From assembly GCF_964355755.1 (NCBI RefSeq), contig NC_092672.1:23449237-23513236 (forward strand): DNA of 64,000 nt. Direction: 5' to 3'. Shown piece after piece: positions 13,201 to 28,200 of this stretch. Both the position numbers and the translations under genes were made by a program. The DNA comes from Antedon mediterranea. Its lineage: Eukaryota > Animalia > Echinodermata. The notes beneath the pieces are model-generated. The model ran no database searches and had not been told where the DNA came from. It saw nothing but the letters and a program-made list of their open reading frames with translations. The stretch's first letter is position 1. Every line of letters starts with the position of its first letter.

Positions 13201-16200
13201 ACAAACAATTATATTTTATTTTTTACTATTCATTTTAAACCCGGAACCCCGCTTTAAAAGTAAATAATAGTCAACCAGAAATAAAACTTGGTTTACTAAA
13301 GCTTTGGTTGCCAACGCAATGTAGGCGCTACGCAAGTGAGTTGACCAATAACAAGCAACAGTTCCGATAATCCATCACATTGCGATTGGTCAATTTGCTT
13401 GATTTAATTTACAAAAAAATTGGATAGACTACAGACAAATGGACAGACTAAATGTTGGGACAAACAAACTTATTACATGCAATTATTACTCAGTAATCAC
13501 CTCTGTAGTCCCATGGGTACTCTTTTAAATAGTTATTGATTACAGTGCCTTAAAATATTCTTTAAATAATAATTGTGTAAATGAATTTGACCAGGACCTT
13601 ACCATGCCAATCCATATCAATACTTTGAGTTACAATTGTAGATAATATATTGATATTCATTTGTAGCTATACACTAGGCTTCATTATCTTAAGATTATTA
13701 GAGTATGCGTATTCAGCAGTATGATCATACTCACTGTTTATATTTTATGTGGTGTAGTATGTACAGTGGTAGTCCTATAGCTCCAGCAGTATGATCATAC
13801 TCACTGTTTATATTGTATGTGGTGTAGTAGGTACAGGGGTAGGCCTATAGCTACAGCAGTATGATCATACTCACTGTTTATATTTTATGTGGTGTAGTAG
13901 GTACAGGGGTAGGCCTATACTACAGCAGTATGATCATACTCACTGTTTATATTTTATGTGGTGTAGTATGTACAGGGGTAGACCTATAGCTACAGCAGTA
14001 TGATCATACTCACTGTTTATATTTTACTAGCAAATATACCCGCCCCAGGGCGGGTGTCAAAATTAGTTTACAGTCTTCTCAGTACATAACACCCGACGCC
14101 AGTATCTGTGTATACTCACCAACCTCCACCCCTCTTCAATAATACCCCAGACTCTTTCTTAAAAACAAATTCTTCCCAGTGATGAAAAAATTTAATTCAA
14201 CCTAAGCTTCGAATTGAGAGAAGTATGCATAGCAGCTACGATGGGTCTAATAATGGTTGATGTACGTTGTAAATTGTGTAAATGAATAGGTGTCATATTG
14301 GCTGATAATTGAAATATGTAATTTAAATACTGCGGTCCCCCAGCCTTCTTTCTCCTTTCACCACCCCAGCCACCATCAACAAACCTTAACTCCTCCCCTG
14401 GACAGTTCAAATTTAGTAACTTTTCCTAGTACAATACAATCATATAGGCTAATTTTATTTACAGCGGCCACCTTCCTTAACGGACGCACTTTGAAAAGCC
14501 TGTTTGTTCTTCCTATCTAATTAGTGCATTTGGTGCTTACCGTAAGCAGCTGCGAGCACCTTTTTATACTAAAAATGAAATTGTTTGTAAGCGGCTAATC
14601 GAAAAATGGGTTCTAGGACACCTACCCCCTAGACAGTTACCCCCCGGATGTTTACCACCCGGACAACTACCCCCTTAGGACAACTACCCCGGACAACTAC
14701 CCCCTTAGGACAACTACCCCCTTAGGACAACTACCCCCTTAGGACAACTACCCCCTTAAGATAACAACCCCCGGGACAACTACCCCCCAGGCAACCACCC
14801 CCTTAGGACAACTTCCCCCTTAGGACAACTACCCCCGGTCAACTATCCCCCGGTCAACTACCCCCCCCCCACCCCAATCTAAAAGTAGACAAATATATAG
14901 GACCGGTTTCTTTAAAAATGAAATCATCTGTTTTTAACGGGTGTTTCGAAACTACAGACCCGAGTCCAGAGACCTAACACGAGACCCAATACGAAAAGGG
15001 AGACCTATATTTGGATCTCCCTTTTCGTATATTAGGGTCTCCCTTTTCGTATAGTGTGGTCTCTCTTTTCGTATAGTGGGGTCTCCCTTTTCTTATAGTG
15101 GGTCTCCCTTTTCGTATATTTGGGTCTCCCATTTCGTATATTTGGGTCTCCCTTTTCGTATATTTGGTCTCCCTTTTTGTATATTTAGGTCTCCCTTTTC
15201 GTATATTAGGGTCTCCCTTTTCGTATAGTGGGGTCTCCCCTTTCGTAAAGTGGAGTCTCCTTTTTCGTACGTGGGTTTCCCTTTTCGTATATTTAGGTCT
15301 CCCTTTTCGTATTGGGTCTCTGGTCTCTGGTCTAGTTTCGAAACACCCGTTTTTAACCGATTATTCTGTTTAACAGCACGCTAGACCTTAGATGTGCTAG
15401 ATTTAAAGTACCGTATTTATTGAAAAAACGGCCTGGGCTGTTTATTGTTTAGGTGGTTTTTAGGTGGACATTTATTGGAAGAAAGTTGTTTATTCAATGG
15501 GAGGGGGTATAATCTAATGGAAATAGACGCCGATTATTCCATATGATGTGTCATGGTCACCGTTTATTTGAGGGGAATTTATTTAAAGATCGCCGTTTAT
15601 TCGGTGAGTGAACATTGAGGTCAAATATCAAAAGTGATATTATTCTTCAAGTGTACAAAAATACAAATGACACATTTGAGACAAAAATTAATTCTTTTAA
15701 GACCAGTGGTTATCGAAGCATTGTCCTGACGCAAACATTATTACTATTATTAGCGAACCCAGTCTTTACAGTAAATACAGGGAGTACTATATAATACGTT
15801 CGACTATCCTATGATCATGTGTGACAATCTTCAGTTTATACCAGGCTATATTTATGTTCAATCTTTTACTTTTGTTTACAATGATGAATAGTAATTCGTC
15901 AAAGTAACGAAAAATATAGTTATTAATTCATATTATACGCTGTTGCAGAGTCAGGTTGTTGAATGGTCTGGGTGGTAGTTGTCCGTTTGGGGGGTAGTTG
16001 TTCTAAAGGGATGGTTTTCTGGGTGGTAGTTGTCCGAGGCAGTTGTCCGCGGAGTAATTACCCGGGGGGTAATTGTCAGGGGGTAATTGTTCCTAGGGGA
16101 TAATTGTCCGGGGGTAGTTGTCCAGGGGTTAGTTGTCCTAAAAGATTATTTGCCCTCGGAGTATTGTCCAGGAAGTAGTTGTCCTACGGGGAGTATTGTG

Positions 16201-19200
16201 TCAGAGGTAGTTGTCCGCGAGGTAATTACCCGGGGGAGGGGGGGTAATTGTCCGGGGGTAGTTGTCCGGGGGATAGTTGTCCGGGGGATAGTTGTCCGGG
16301 GGTGATTGTTCCTAGGGGTTAATTGTCCGGGGGATAGTTGTCCGGGGGCTAGTTGTCAAGGGGGTAGTTGTCCTAAGGGGGTAGTTGTCCTAAGGGGGTT
16401 GTTGTCCTAGGGGGGTAGTTGTCCGGGGGGTATTTGTCCGGGGGGTAGTTGTCCGGGGGGTAGTTGTCCGGGGGGTAGTTGTCCGGGGGGTAGTTGTCCG
16501 GGGGGTATTTGTCCGGGGGTAGTTGTCCTAAAGGGGTAGTGGTCCAGGTGGTGGTTTTCCGAGGGTTAGTTTTCCGGGGGGTAAATGTCCAGGGGGTGAA
16601 TATCCGGATACGGAAAAATGTGATACTTATTGCATGGGCCTATGAATTAGAGGTGCATGTTTATTGTATTTCTTTATATATTAACTTTATTTTGAAGAGG
16701 TTTTAAAAACATTACTGAAGAGATGAGAAAACTACACAGATTTTGGCCGATCATTTTTCATATAATAAAAGTTTTTAAAATTTGTTTGAAAATGCTAAAA
16801 AATACTAAACCACCTGATTATAAATAATAATATGCCTACAATTCGCTGGAAAATTGAGAGGCTCGTTTCGTTAAGAATATCGTATATAGCCATAATAAGT
16901 GATTTTGACCCTTTATCGGCAGAACCTCCCGCAAGGGGTCACCGCCCGTAAGCGGCCACTTTTCCAGGTCCCGAGGGTGGCCACTTACGGGAGGTTCAAC
17001 TGTATTTAAAAAAACAATTATCCTTAGTTACGCATAGAAACAGGTTCTAAGATAACATAAATAATACATTTTGACATAACTTGACCCAAAAAATGACCCT
17101 TTCACAAGGTCAGACATTTTCTGGGATTCAGTAGATAAGTAAATTTGGGAAAAGGTAGTAAAGCTATTTAATAAATTGTTTGTAGTCATGAAACCCCATA
17201 TTAAAAATATTGTACTTAGTTACGTATAGAAACAGTTGCTACAATACACTATAGGTAAAATGTTGATTCAATTCAATTCAATTCAATTAAAACTTTATTA
17301 TCCCCATGGGGAAACTCTGTTGGCCTTTTCAAAAGTACAGTACATACAAATATAAAATGGATACAGTACATAAAATATAAAATACGATAAAAAAAAAAGC
17401 CATACAAAATATACATATAAAATCCTAAAAAGTCGATTTAAAATACTACAAAAAATAAAACTAGCGCATAAAATACGATTATACGATTATATAATGAATG
17501 ATATTATCATTCATTATATAATCGTATAGCGGCAGGGACGAATGAATTGTCATATCTATTTGTTTTAATTTTTCTTTGAAGGAGTCTGTCTCAACGTTGA
17601 CTTTTGTTAAATTTATAGTGCAGAGGATGAGCGTGGTTTTTTAAAATAATTTTCAATTTTTTAATTACTAATTCCTTATATAAAACTTCAGGTTGAATTT
17701 GTTCAGAGCCTACTATTCTACTGCCTTGTTTAACTATTTTATTAAGTAAGAGTCTATCTTTAAAACGTGAATTACCATAATAACATATTAGGCAAAAACT
17801 AAGTACACTGTTTAAGATAGAAGTATAAAAAAGTTGTAAAATAGTACGGTCAATCTTAAAAGAGTTTAATTTGCGTAGAAAGAAGAGACGTTTTTGTAAT
17901 TTATTGTATATGCACCTACTATTTGCATCAAATTTAAGTTTATTATCAATTTCAACCCCTAAATATTTGTAAGTTTTAACTTCCGGAATGGTCTCACCAT
18001 TGATTTGATTTGAAGGTAGTTTAGCTTCTTCCGAAAATCAAAAACCATCTCTTTAGTTTTATTTATATTTAGATCTAAAAAATTATCTTTACACCATTTG
18101 TGAAAAATATTAATACTGTCTAAGAAGCCTGTCATTGAATCATCTTTTGAATCCAGATAACCAATCAGAGCAGTGTCGTCTGCATATTTAATAATCTCAG
18201 TTTTTGTATTATTTGACTTACAATCATTTGTGTATATTGTATACAATAAAGGTGATAACACACAACCTTGTGGAACACCCGTGTTAACTTTCAACAACGA
18301 GGACAACGTGTGATTAAGCTTAACACGCTGTTCTCTATCTTTTAAAAAATTAAGTAGCCATTTTATAATCAGTGGGTTAACTTCTAAATCGATAAGCTTA
18401 TTAGCCAGAACATATGGTTGAATATTATTGAATGCACTAGAGAAATCAACAAAAAGAATTCTCGCAAAGCAACCTTTTTTCTCTAGGTGCTCAGAAACAT
18501 TATTAAGGAGCAGAAGCACTGCATCATCAACACACCTGTTTGGACGATATGCAAATTGATTTATATCTAGCAGATTCTCCACTGAGGCAACTAGCTTACT
18601 TTTAACAATTTTTTCTAAACACTTCATTGGTACACATGTAAGGGCCACAGGTCTAAGGTCATTCATTTCCTTGGGATTTGGTTTTTTGGGAATGGGCATG
18701 ATTGTTGATTTTTTCCACAACATTGGAACTATTGAGTCATTTACAGAGGATTGAAAAAGTTTACAAAAAGGAATGGCCAACTGATCGGCACACATTTTAA
18801 GAGTCTTACAACCAATATTATCGGGACCTTTTGCCTTACGTGGGTTAAGTTTTTTAAATAATAAGTTCACTTCGTCCACAGTGATGTCATTTGACCTCCA
18901 TATGTAAAATATTTTTTTTTTCTTGAAACTCCATATTTAATTTTTTTTTTAAATATCATTTGTTACGTAAACAGGTTTAAGATAACACTAAAGGTCATTT
19001 TTTTTAACCTTTATTCAGATTCGTCAAGACTTTCTTTCTGAGATTATTAGGATTCAGTATTTAAATGCCAGGTGCGGGCAAAACATTTCTATTGATCATA
19101 CATTCCAATAATTATCGATCTATAGTTTCCCCTATGTTTCATAATTTTTGGGATTTTATTTGTGTTACACAAGCTTGTTGAAAATAAGCACTTTCTTATC

Positions 19201-22200
19201 AGTGGGGGGGGGGGGGGGGAGGGATAGTTCAAATTACACAGTAAAATCTCTATTCTTTTGTACACAAATTTTGTAAATAGAGAGGCATTTTAAAAAGCTA
19301 TGAAAAATAAACGGTGTGGTAAAATATGTTATCAGATGACTAAATATAGGTAATATAACTTGAATATTACATTTCTGATATTTTTATTCAACTTCAGCTT
19401 TTTATTTTCATGCTATAGCAAAAATTATCCACTGTATATCCACCATCTTTTTTCACCGTCTGGGGGGTCACCAGAAATGTTATTACATTAGGTTAACTAC
19501 CTAACTACTGAAAAAAGGTCTTTCTGTTTTTTATGGAAGAATTTTCCCAAATTTTGTATTTGACCATATTAAGGGAAATTCATGTTTTTTTCGTCTCGAT
19601 TTCTGTTACAAATATTTGATTTATGTATAATTAACCAAATATTATATTTAAAATTCAAAGCTTTAAAGTAAATTTGGCAAAAAGTAGAAATGTAAAACTA
19701 TGTAGAAAAAATGTTTTTTATTTATGAAAAACCCCTTATTTTTTTTAAATTTTCGCATAGAAACAGTTACTATGGTAAAATGTTGACCTCAAAATGAATG
19801 AATTTACAAGGTCAAGTTTGTCATTAATGGAATGCAGTAGAAGTAAAATTGAGACACATGTACAAATGCAATCAATTCTTTGTATTTATAAAAACGCCAT
19901 TTTTTACGGTTTTTTTTAAATTACTTTCCTTTGTTACACATAGAAATGGTTGCTAAGGTAACACTATAGGTAAAATATGAAAATTGTTGAGAATTGTTAT
20001 GAACTATCTTGTAAATTTTGAACAAACATTAATAGTTGTAGTAAAGTGGGGACCTGTCCTGTTTTGCATTCTGACCCCTTTTGACCTCAAATGACCTATT
20101 TACAAGGTCAGATTTTTTGGGAGGTCTTTCTGTATCTCTTTACACAAAATAGATTTAAAAATTTATAAAAACCATTGACTCAATTATTTCCAAGTTTAAC
20201 ATTATTTTCCATCAACTAAATATTTCAATGCAAAATACTGTTTTTCTGGCAATTAATTGAAATAAACCTGGCAACACATTCTCCTATTTTATCTAAACTA
20301 TTCGTATGACTCTAGTAGCATTATGACAAGCCATATATACATTTTATTATTGGATTGGCCATATTTAAATTGTGTTTCATGTGTTTTGTTTGTTGATATT
20401 TTGTTATATTTTTTGCATTTTTCGTATTTTCCTGGCAACACAAAACCTATGTACAAAATTTACCCCAGTGTTTTTTTCGTTATTATTGTTGAAAAACCTA
20501 TTGACTATCAAATTAAAAAACCTCATTGATTTAAAAACACCACTTTGGAAGTTATAGGTACGTTTATGAGGTATACTTTTATAAAAAAAAATATTTTTTT
20601 AAAACACCCCTTTTTAAAATAATGGTATCAACCAAACTCCATTTTGTAATTTTTTTTTTCTACATTAAATGGAACTCAATACATGTTGTTTACACTGCTA
20701 TAAACAAAAACTGTATACTGTAAGTATTTTTGGTTAAAATAAGTATACAAGTTTGTACTTTTTCACTATAGAAAATCTGTGAAAAATGGCAAAAACATCA
20801 AAATTTGGATAATTGACCGTTGTCATGGCAACGGAGGCTAAAAATTAAAATGAATGTTGTAGATATGCTTTTTATTGAAATGTCTATTCATGGTAAAAAT
20901 TTGACAGAAATCCATTTTTTTACATCTGCCACCAAATCTTTGATTTATGGAATTATTTTGAAGGATATTATAAATACAGCATCACATTTTACATTTTTTT
21001 CTGTGCCTACCATCACAGAAAACCAATTTTTTATTTTTTATTATTAAGAAAGAAAACAAATCAAATAGTTTATTCATATCGATATTGCAAAATTATTTTA
21101 AAACTCTTTATAGAGTATTAAAAAACTCATTTTATGTGTTAATATTAACTTCTTTAAATTGTATTAATCTATTAATCAATTTTTCCTGTTGACTTTTGTG
21201 GTCATTTTTAGATTTTATTTTGCATGTTTTATGCACACATTATGTTTATGAACAAGCTCCATTACAAAAATGATTTTATTATTATTATTATATTATAACT
21301 TTATTATCAAGTTTCTTTTATTTTTTAATGAATCCCAAAAGTTTGAGATCTGTCAGTCTTTATAGTGTCTTTAAGGTTAAGACAGAGCTAAAATCCTCTG
21401 GATAGGAAATAGGGTAGTAGAAACTCTTGAGATGGTGAAAAATGTTTTGTAGAGCAAAGTTTTTAATGGAATTTTTATTTTATGACCCCACCCCCCACCC
21501 CCAACTAAAAAAAAGTTTTAGATTACATCGTTCTTCTTGAGTTTTTTTTTGTAATATAAATAAAGCATGGCCTCCTGAGCTCAATTTGATTCTTTCAAAA
21601 TTAAAATAATATATATACTAAAAGGAAAATAATATGTGTTACTAAAGTCACATATCCATGGTGATTGTGATGACAGGCCCAGACTCTATACTATACCTGA
21701 TATTACGATACCATCTGAATTAAATATTCAGCCAGTGTGCAAAAACTTCTTGATACTATTTAAGTTGATTATCAATTTAGCATTCCTATAATGCTAACAC
21801 CTTTTTAATGTTTTTATTATATAATGCTCTTTTTTTATATACACATTATTATACACATTACCATCATTTTCAAAATTCTTTTCAATTCAATATGTTCTAT
21901 CAATACTTTTGAATTCATGAATAAAGTGTATTTGCTTTTTGAACTTCAGATTAAGGACGATACCTAAAACTTACAAGTGTATTTAAAATATACAGTAGTG
22001 CAAAATATTCTGTATTTATTTTTGTTACAATGAATGTTACTGACAGCAAACATTCATGCATAGCCTACTTATAATAAGCATTTAGCCTACCAGACGTATA
22101 TGTTGAACTTTCTTTCAATCCTTTGTATATCAATGGATTAAAATATAGAAAATGAGACTTCAATTGCAACTCTTGCATATAAGTTTAACTACGTCAACGT

Positions 22201-25200
22201 CGGTGAGGTTGAAATCTGTTTGTCAGTGGGTCTCACACCCAGCAAATACGGGTACAGGTGCTAGTAATTTATATGATCAGATCATTTGATATCTGCTGCT
22301 TTTAAGTACAGTTTGATTTTATGTGATCACATCATTTCCCTATTATCATTTGATTTATAATTTTAGTTGTAATTTTGTTGTTGTCGTCGTTGTGGTTTAT
22401 GTTTGTGAAACTAAACAAGATGAACAGATTAAAGAATAAAATATCTTACAATGTTTCTATATTGTGTAGTGAAGATAAACTCCTTTCAGTTCAATATTAT
22501 AGAAACTATTTTTATCAAGAAAGAGACCATGCCCCGCTTTAAATAGAGATGCGGTTATGTTGGGGAAAGAGAAAGAACTTTTCATAATGTATGAAGCTCA
22601 TCTGAAAACACTGTTTTCATCAAGGTCAAATATGCATAAGTTAGAACTCAGAATTAGAATGCTCAGGATATTAATGAGTATCACTGAAATATTTATTAAT
22701 GAATACAAATGTTGTTGAATTGTGTTATCTTAATGTCTACTACCAACCTTCATTTAAAATCAATAATTTTTTTAGGTAGATCAAGATCAAATATAGTTCT
22801 GACTTGTTAATGGTCACATGCCAGTATAGTTTATTGGTCTTGCCAGTGATAATGACAAAATATTTATTATTTTGGTCTACTATTACAGTAACACTTTTTA
22901 TCAATTAATGATACTGTATAACATATCAGTGCAACGTCCACTATTGTATTTAAAAAAATGAACAAAAATATGTATACTGTTCATTTTTTTGTTTTTTTTT
23001 TAAATTGGAACTGAGAAAGCATATAAAAAAGACAACATTGTATGTCTGAACATAGTATAAATATGCACATGGTATAAATATATAATTTGTAAAATGTGTC
23101 AGAGGTTGTACATTTACAAAAGTTAGTTAGTTTGTCAGTTTTTATGTCTGCTATAAAAGAGTTAGGAATAAAATTGTCATGTGACAGAATACCAACGTAA
23201 CATTTTTTCTTTAATCAGTATTTTAAAACCTGATGATTATGACCTTTTTCCAGGCTGGAAACACTCCACTACATGCACATCTGGCTCATAATGAATATCA
23301 TACATTAGAAATGGTGACCTGTCTCATAAATAAGGGGGCGTCAGTGACATCACAAAATAAGGTAATATATATATAGACAATTTCAGTAATACTGTATGGC
23401 AACAATCTTTCACCTACTCTAGTAAATTATTCTATTCTTTTTTTTTCTTTTTTTATATCTGGTTCATCATATAATTAATAATAATGACAATTATTATTAA
23501 ATTGTGTGATTTTTGGTAGACCTATTTAAAAAACCATTCCTTCAAAGATGGCAATATCTACTATCCCAGCGATTTTCAACTGATAGGAAGATTGTGGGTT
23601 GTATAATTTATGCTGAGATTGGACCTATCGGATATTTTGACGACATGTAGTATATGGCAGTGGGTAGAGATAATGTGCCCGGCTTCATAAGTTATTTAAT
23701 AAGGGCGTTTAATCCTATAACCTATGCTTCATTATTATACTCTGTAGCCATCTGTATTTCAATACTGATCTACACATGCGCACAGCTCGAATCTGAATTA
23801 AATGAAAGAAAGAATATTTTCCATAATTTCTTATCCAATGAACCATATCTTTTTTTTAACTTTGCTAGATTTTGTCCCAATTCAATCTGTTTCATAAGTA
23901 AATGTTATTTTTTGAACAGATGTCAGGATTATTCACAATGTGTAATTCAATCTAGAAATTGACATTGAAATCTAAATCATTCAGTTAAATAACTTATAAA
24001 GAGCAGACTTCCCAACTATGCTGATAATGGCGAAAGCAATTTTGAATATACTGATATTTCTAATCTCTATTAAGAATCTAAATAAGAAGAAAAAGAAAAT
24101 ATGCTAAATATTCGCACAACGTTAGTAATAAATTCATGTATTGTTTAATAATTTAAATATTGTATTTTCCGCCATTTGGCATATTTACTATTATAAATAC
24201 CAAAACCTTTACATTTTTAGTAGCGCCCTTTTTGGTCTAATGTATTTTTCAAAATATTATAGCGCCCTGTATAGTTTGGACATGATTTCATAAAACCTCC
24301 CAATGTATCATTTGATTTGTTGAGAGGTGACAAACTTATAACAGTCGATTATATAAACTGAATAACAATGTATTTTACTTTACTGTTAGTGTATTGTCAG
24401 TTATAGGCCTTTTGCTTATTTCATAAAGACAATACACATTAAACAATGATTCGGTAAATATTGAAATGTTGAATCATGAATTCCCTAATATTATTGTTGT
24501 TGTTGTTGGCGTCTTTGCCGCACCCAACATTTCCAGAAAAAAAGGTGAATATTTTTGGACAAAAATCACTCAAGCGTGACTTGTGTTTTTCACATGGTAA
24601 TACATGAAATTTGATCACTAAAATGCTTTAAATGTTGCTATTAGGGTATGAAAACATAGGGTTTGCCACAAAAATTGTAATGAATGTACTATTAGTTTAG
24701 GATATATTGTGAAAACATGGGTTTTATAGTTTATTTGCATTCAAGTGATTGTGTTGGAAAGAGATTAACATCGTTACCATTTTAAGATAGTTAAAACAAA
24801 TTATTTTATAACATGTGAATTATGGAATTATTTTTAAGGATAAGATAAATACAGCGTCACACTTGACATTCTTCTTTCACAAAAAAAAATAATTTTTAAC
24901 TTCATGATTGATTTTTTTTTCCACAGAATGGAAATCCTCCACTATATGAATACCTGATTCAAAGTCTCAACCCTGCTTCAGAAATTGTAAAATTTCTCAT
25001 TAAAAAGGATAGTGCATTATTGACATTGCTAAATAAGGTAATCTACAGAAAATTGAAGTTTCTATACATAAATAGATGTAAAATGCAGAACAATAAACTC
25101 ATGGGGACGGTCATTAACAGAGCTTAAACTCTGTTTTGAGACGTACACAGACAAAAGTCGGCTTCTTTCGCAGACCCTGTGCACGCAAGATTAGTGGGCA

Positions 25201-28200
25201 TGTTTGAGAAGTTTCTGCATTAGAAAGTCTAGGTCTTTAGGTAGCCAATTAAAGAGGATGAACTAAAAACACCGAATCAAAACCTTAAAGGTGCTTACAA
25301 GAATGCTTGTTTATACTAATGTAGCTAACAACTGTTAATGTAGTAAAACCTCCAGCTAATGTAGAAACACTAACAGCTTATGTAGTAAATAAAAAGTCAA
25401 CACCAGCTAATGTAGAACGTCAACAACTAATGTAGTAACAAAAATTGCCTCACACTATCGCCAGCTAATATAGAAAATATATATTTTACAAACCTGTTTA
25501 AATCTGTGCAAATGCATTTTTTTATTTAGCTATCAGTCTATCCACTTTTGTAAACGACCAATTTTCTAAAACGACCATACATTGTAAGCAAACATTTCTC
25601 TTAAGAGAGCGCTTTTCATAATTGACTACCTCTTGTAAGGGATCACCTCCTCTCATAAAGGACTACTTCTTATAATCGAACACCTCTTGTAAGCGACCAC
25701 CTCTCTTAAAGAACACACCTCTCTTAAGTGACCACCTCTTTCAAAGGAACACAACTTCTCTCTTAAGGGACAACTTCAACCACCACAAAAGGTAGGTTTA
25801 TGGTGATAGCCAAATATACAATTGTAGGGGTTTTCTGTCAAAACAATTGATTAACAGTGCACTTTTATTTATTTATCAAATCCAAACATTTAAAAGATCA
25901 CTCATATTATGGGATAAAGAGGCCTACTTCCCATTATGGGGATAGTGTAGTATGTGGTGAAAATTAAACACAGGAGAGAATGCTATTCTTGCTTCTACAT
26001 AATAAATAGATCAAAGTTGGTTTATCTGCCAGCAGTTTTTCTCATTGTTAGTATAGTATTACTATTTACGTTTGGATTCATAGATCTTGCCTACTACAGA
26101 ACAGAGGTAGTGTTTTGGATCTGGGTGTCTATCAATTAATATGTCTTTGTAAATAGCTTGTTTAAGTAAATATTTTTGTTTTTAGGAAGGAAAGACGCCT
26201 GAATCTATTGTAGAAACAAATATGTACATAACGAAAAAAGAAAAAACTGTGATTTTAAACTATTTTGACAGTAAGTAAAGTTTATAAATATAAATTATGC
26301 ATTAATCTAAGATAGGTAAACACAGTGCAAAAGCTTTAATGTGGTACAGGTGGTCATTTGAAATTATCAATGCTACTACTAAAAATTTTACAAAATTGTA
26401 CTACAGAAACAACCTGTAAGGTGAATATTTTTTTATATAAGCTGGCAGACCTTATTTTTCTGGTTCATTACAAATGAATGAAACTAAATTCTCTGGATCC
26501 AGTCCAATCAATAGCATAATTGATATGTATGTACATGGTTGCCACTATTTTATTATATTAATTGAGAGTTGGTTTAATATATTTGTATTAAAGATGTGTC
26601 CCCCTGAAAAAATAATTCTTAACAAAATGTGTATTGAATATGCTATTTTAATGTAACATAATAGTTATCCACTTTGACCAAAAATTGGATCGGGAAAAAA
26701 AACTGTAATTTAAAGCAAAAAAATGTTCAAATTGGCTGCCAGTCAATGGGTTTTTGGTTGAATTTAACCATTTATTTTGTCAATTTATAAGTGAAAACAT
26801 TTTTTTTCATTTTTTTTTCTACGGAAGTGATTATCTTTATTAAAACTACAAAATAACATATTCAAAGTAAGTCTGATTTAATTAATCTTCATTTTTCATG
26901 TTTTTGGGGGACAATACATCTTTAATATTAATGTATTGCTGGTACTCGAACATAATTTAATATTTTTATTTCCCATGGTTCAAGTTTACCGGAGGTATTA
27001 TTAAAGTTGACGATAACTCTTGTACTGTATATGGGATGACATTTATTTTACTGTTTAATAACAAAATACTGATAATATGAAGCATTTTTAAGGCTTACAG
27101 AGGCAGAATGAGATAACAATTTGTTTTTTGTCATAATAGAATTGTTAGTTCCTGCAGAGATACGTGCCAGGGGTAAACATGCTATTAAAATATATAAAAA
27201 AGAACTTAAAACTGGTAGCATGTCTGTTGTGAATTCAAGATGTATGTTTCTAGGAAAAGAAGGTGCTGGCAAGACTAGCTGTGTAAAGGCTATGGTTGGA
27301 GAAAGGTAACAAGTAAAATTGGTATAATGTTTATAGAGTATATTACTGTACGGTATCTTAAGCTGTATTGACCATCAATAGTCAATAGTCATCAATCACA
27401 TTATCTTGTGAACTGCTAAAGGAAATGTTTTATTTAATTTGAATTATTATACACTAAAGGTGACATTGCAGTATGTTGAATATTGTGATTCTTATAAAAT
27501 AATAAAAACATTAATTTTATACACTTTAATTTACTTTTAAACTTACTAATGTTCTATTCATTAAAATTTATCAGTTGTTTTATGATTGGAATATTAAAAT
27601 GCAAACCCTTTCATGATTTAGTCATTTTATACATACTATGTATGTTTCTAAAATGTACAATAAATGTTTAACTTTACTATATAATAGATTCAATTCTGCA
27701 GAACAATCCACAGATGGAATTGTTACAACCACAGTGTTTCAAGCAAAGAAGGATTGTAGTCAATGGAAAAAGATAAAAGATGTTAATGGTGAGATAAGTA
27801 ACTGAAAATGTTATATTTTACATATTCATTATTTTGCTATAAATTTAACATTATTTTATTTTTGATAAAATAATACTAATATTTAAATAAAAACATTCTT
27901 AAATTTATAATATAATGCCATTTACACATTGGTATAACAATTAAAAATTCATTTGGCTATGCAACCATATACGGTTTGGTCTTGAAATCACCTCAGATAC
28001 CAAGAATTGGAAAATTACATTCAATCTTCAAAATATTGCTTATCGTTGTATTCCTCTCATCCCATACAACACATTGGTTTCCTAATCTAATTGTCTATTT
28101 CTTGCATTGTATAGATATTGAGCTTTCAGAGCAAATTCGTTCACATGCTTTAGGAGAAAAGGTTGATAAAAGGTTAAAAGAAGGTAGGCACAGACTAATA

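Noticed and set aside
15098-16706. Low-complexity ORFs (GLPFRI.., GVVVRG..)
   Set aside because: Translations of tandem arrays inside transposons
17959-18879. RT as a retron, DGR or group II intron enzyme
   Set aside because: Motifs and the 3' microsatellite tail are those of a eukaryotic non-LTR retrotransposon
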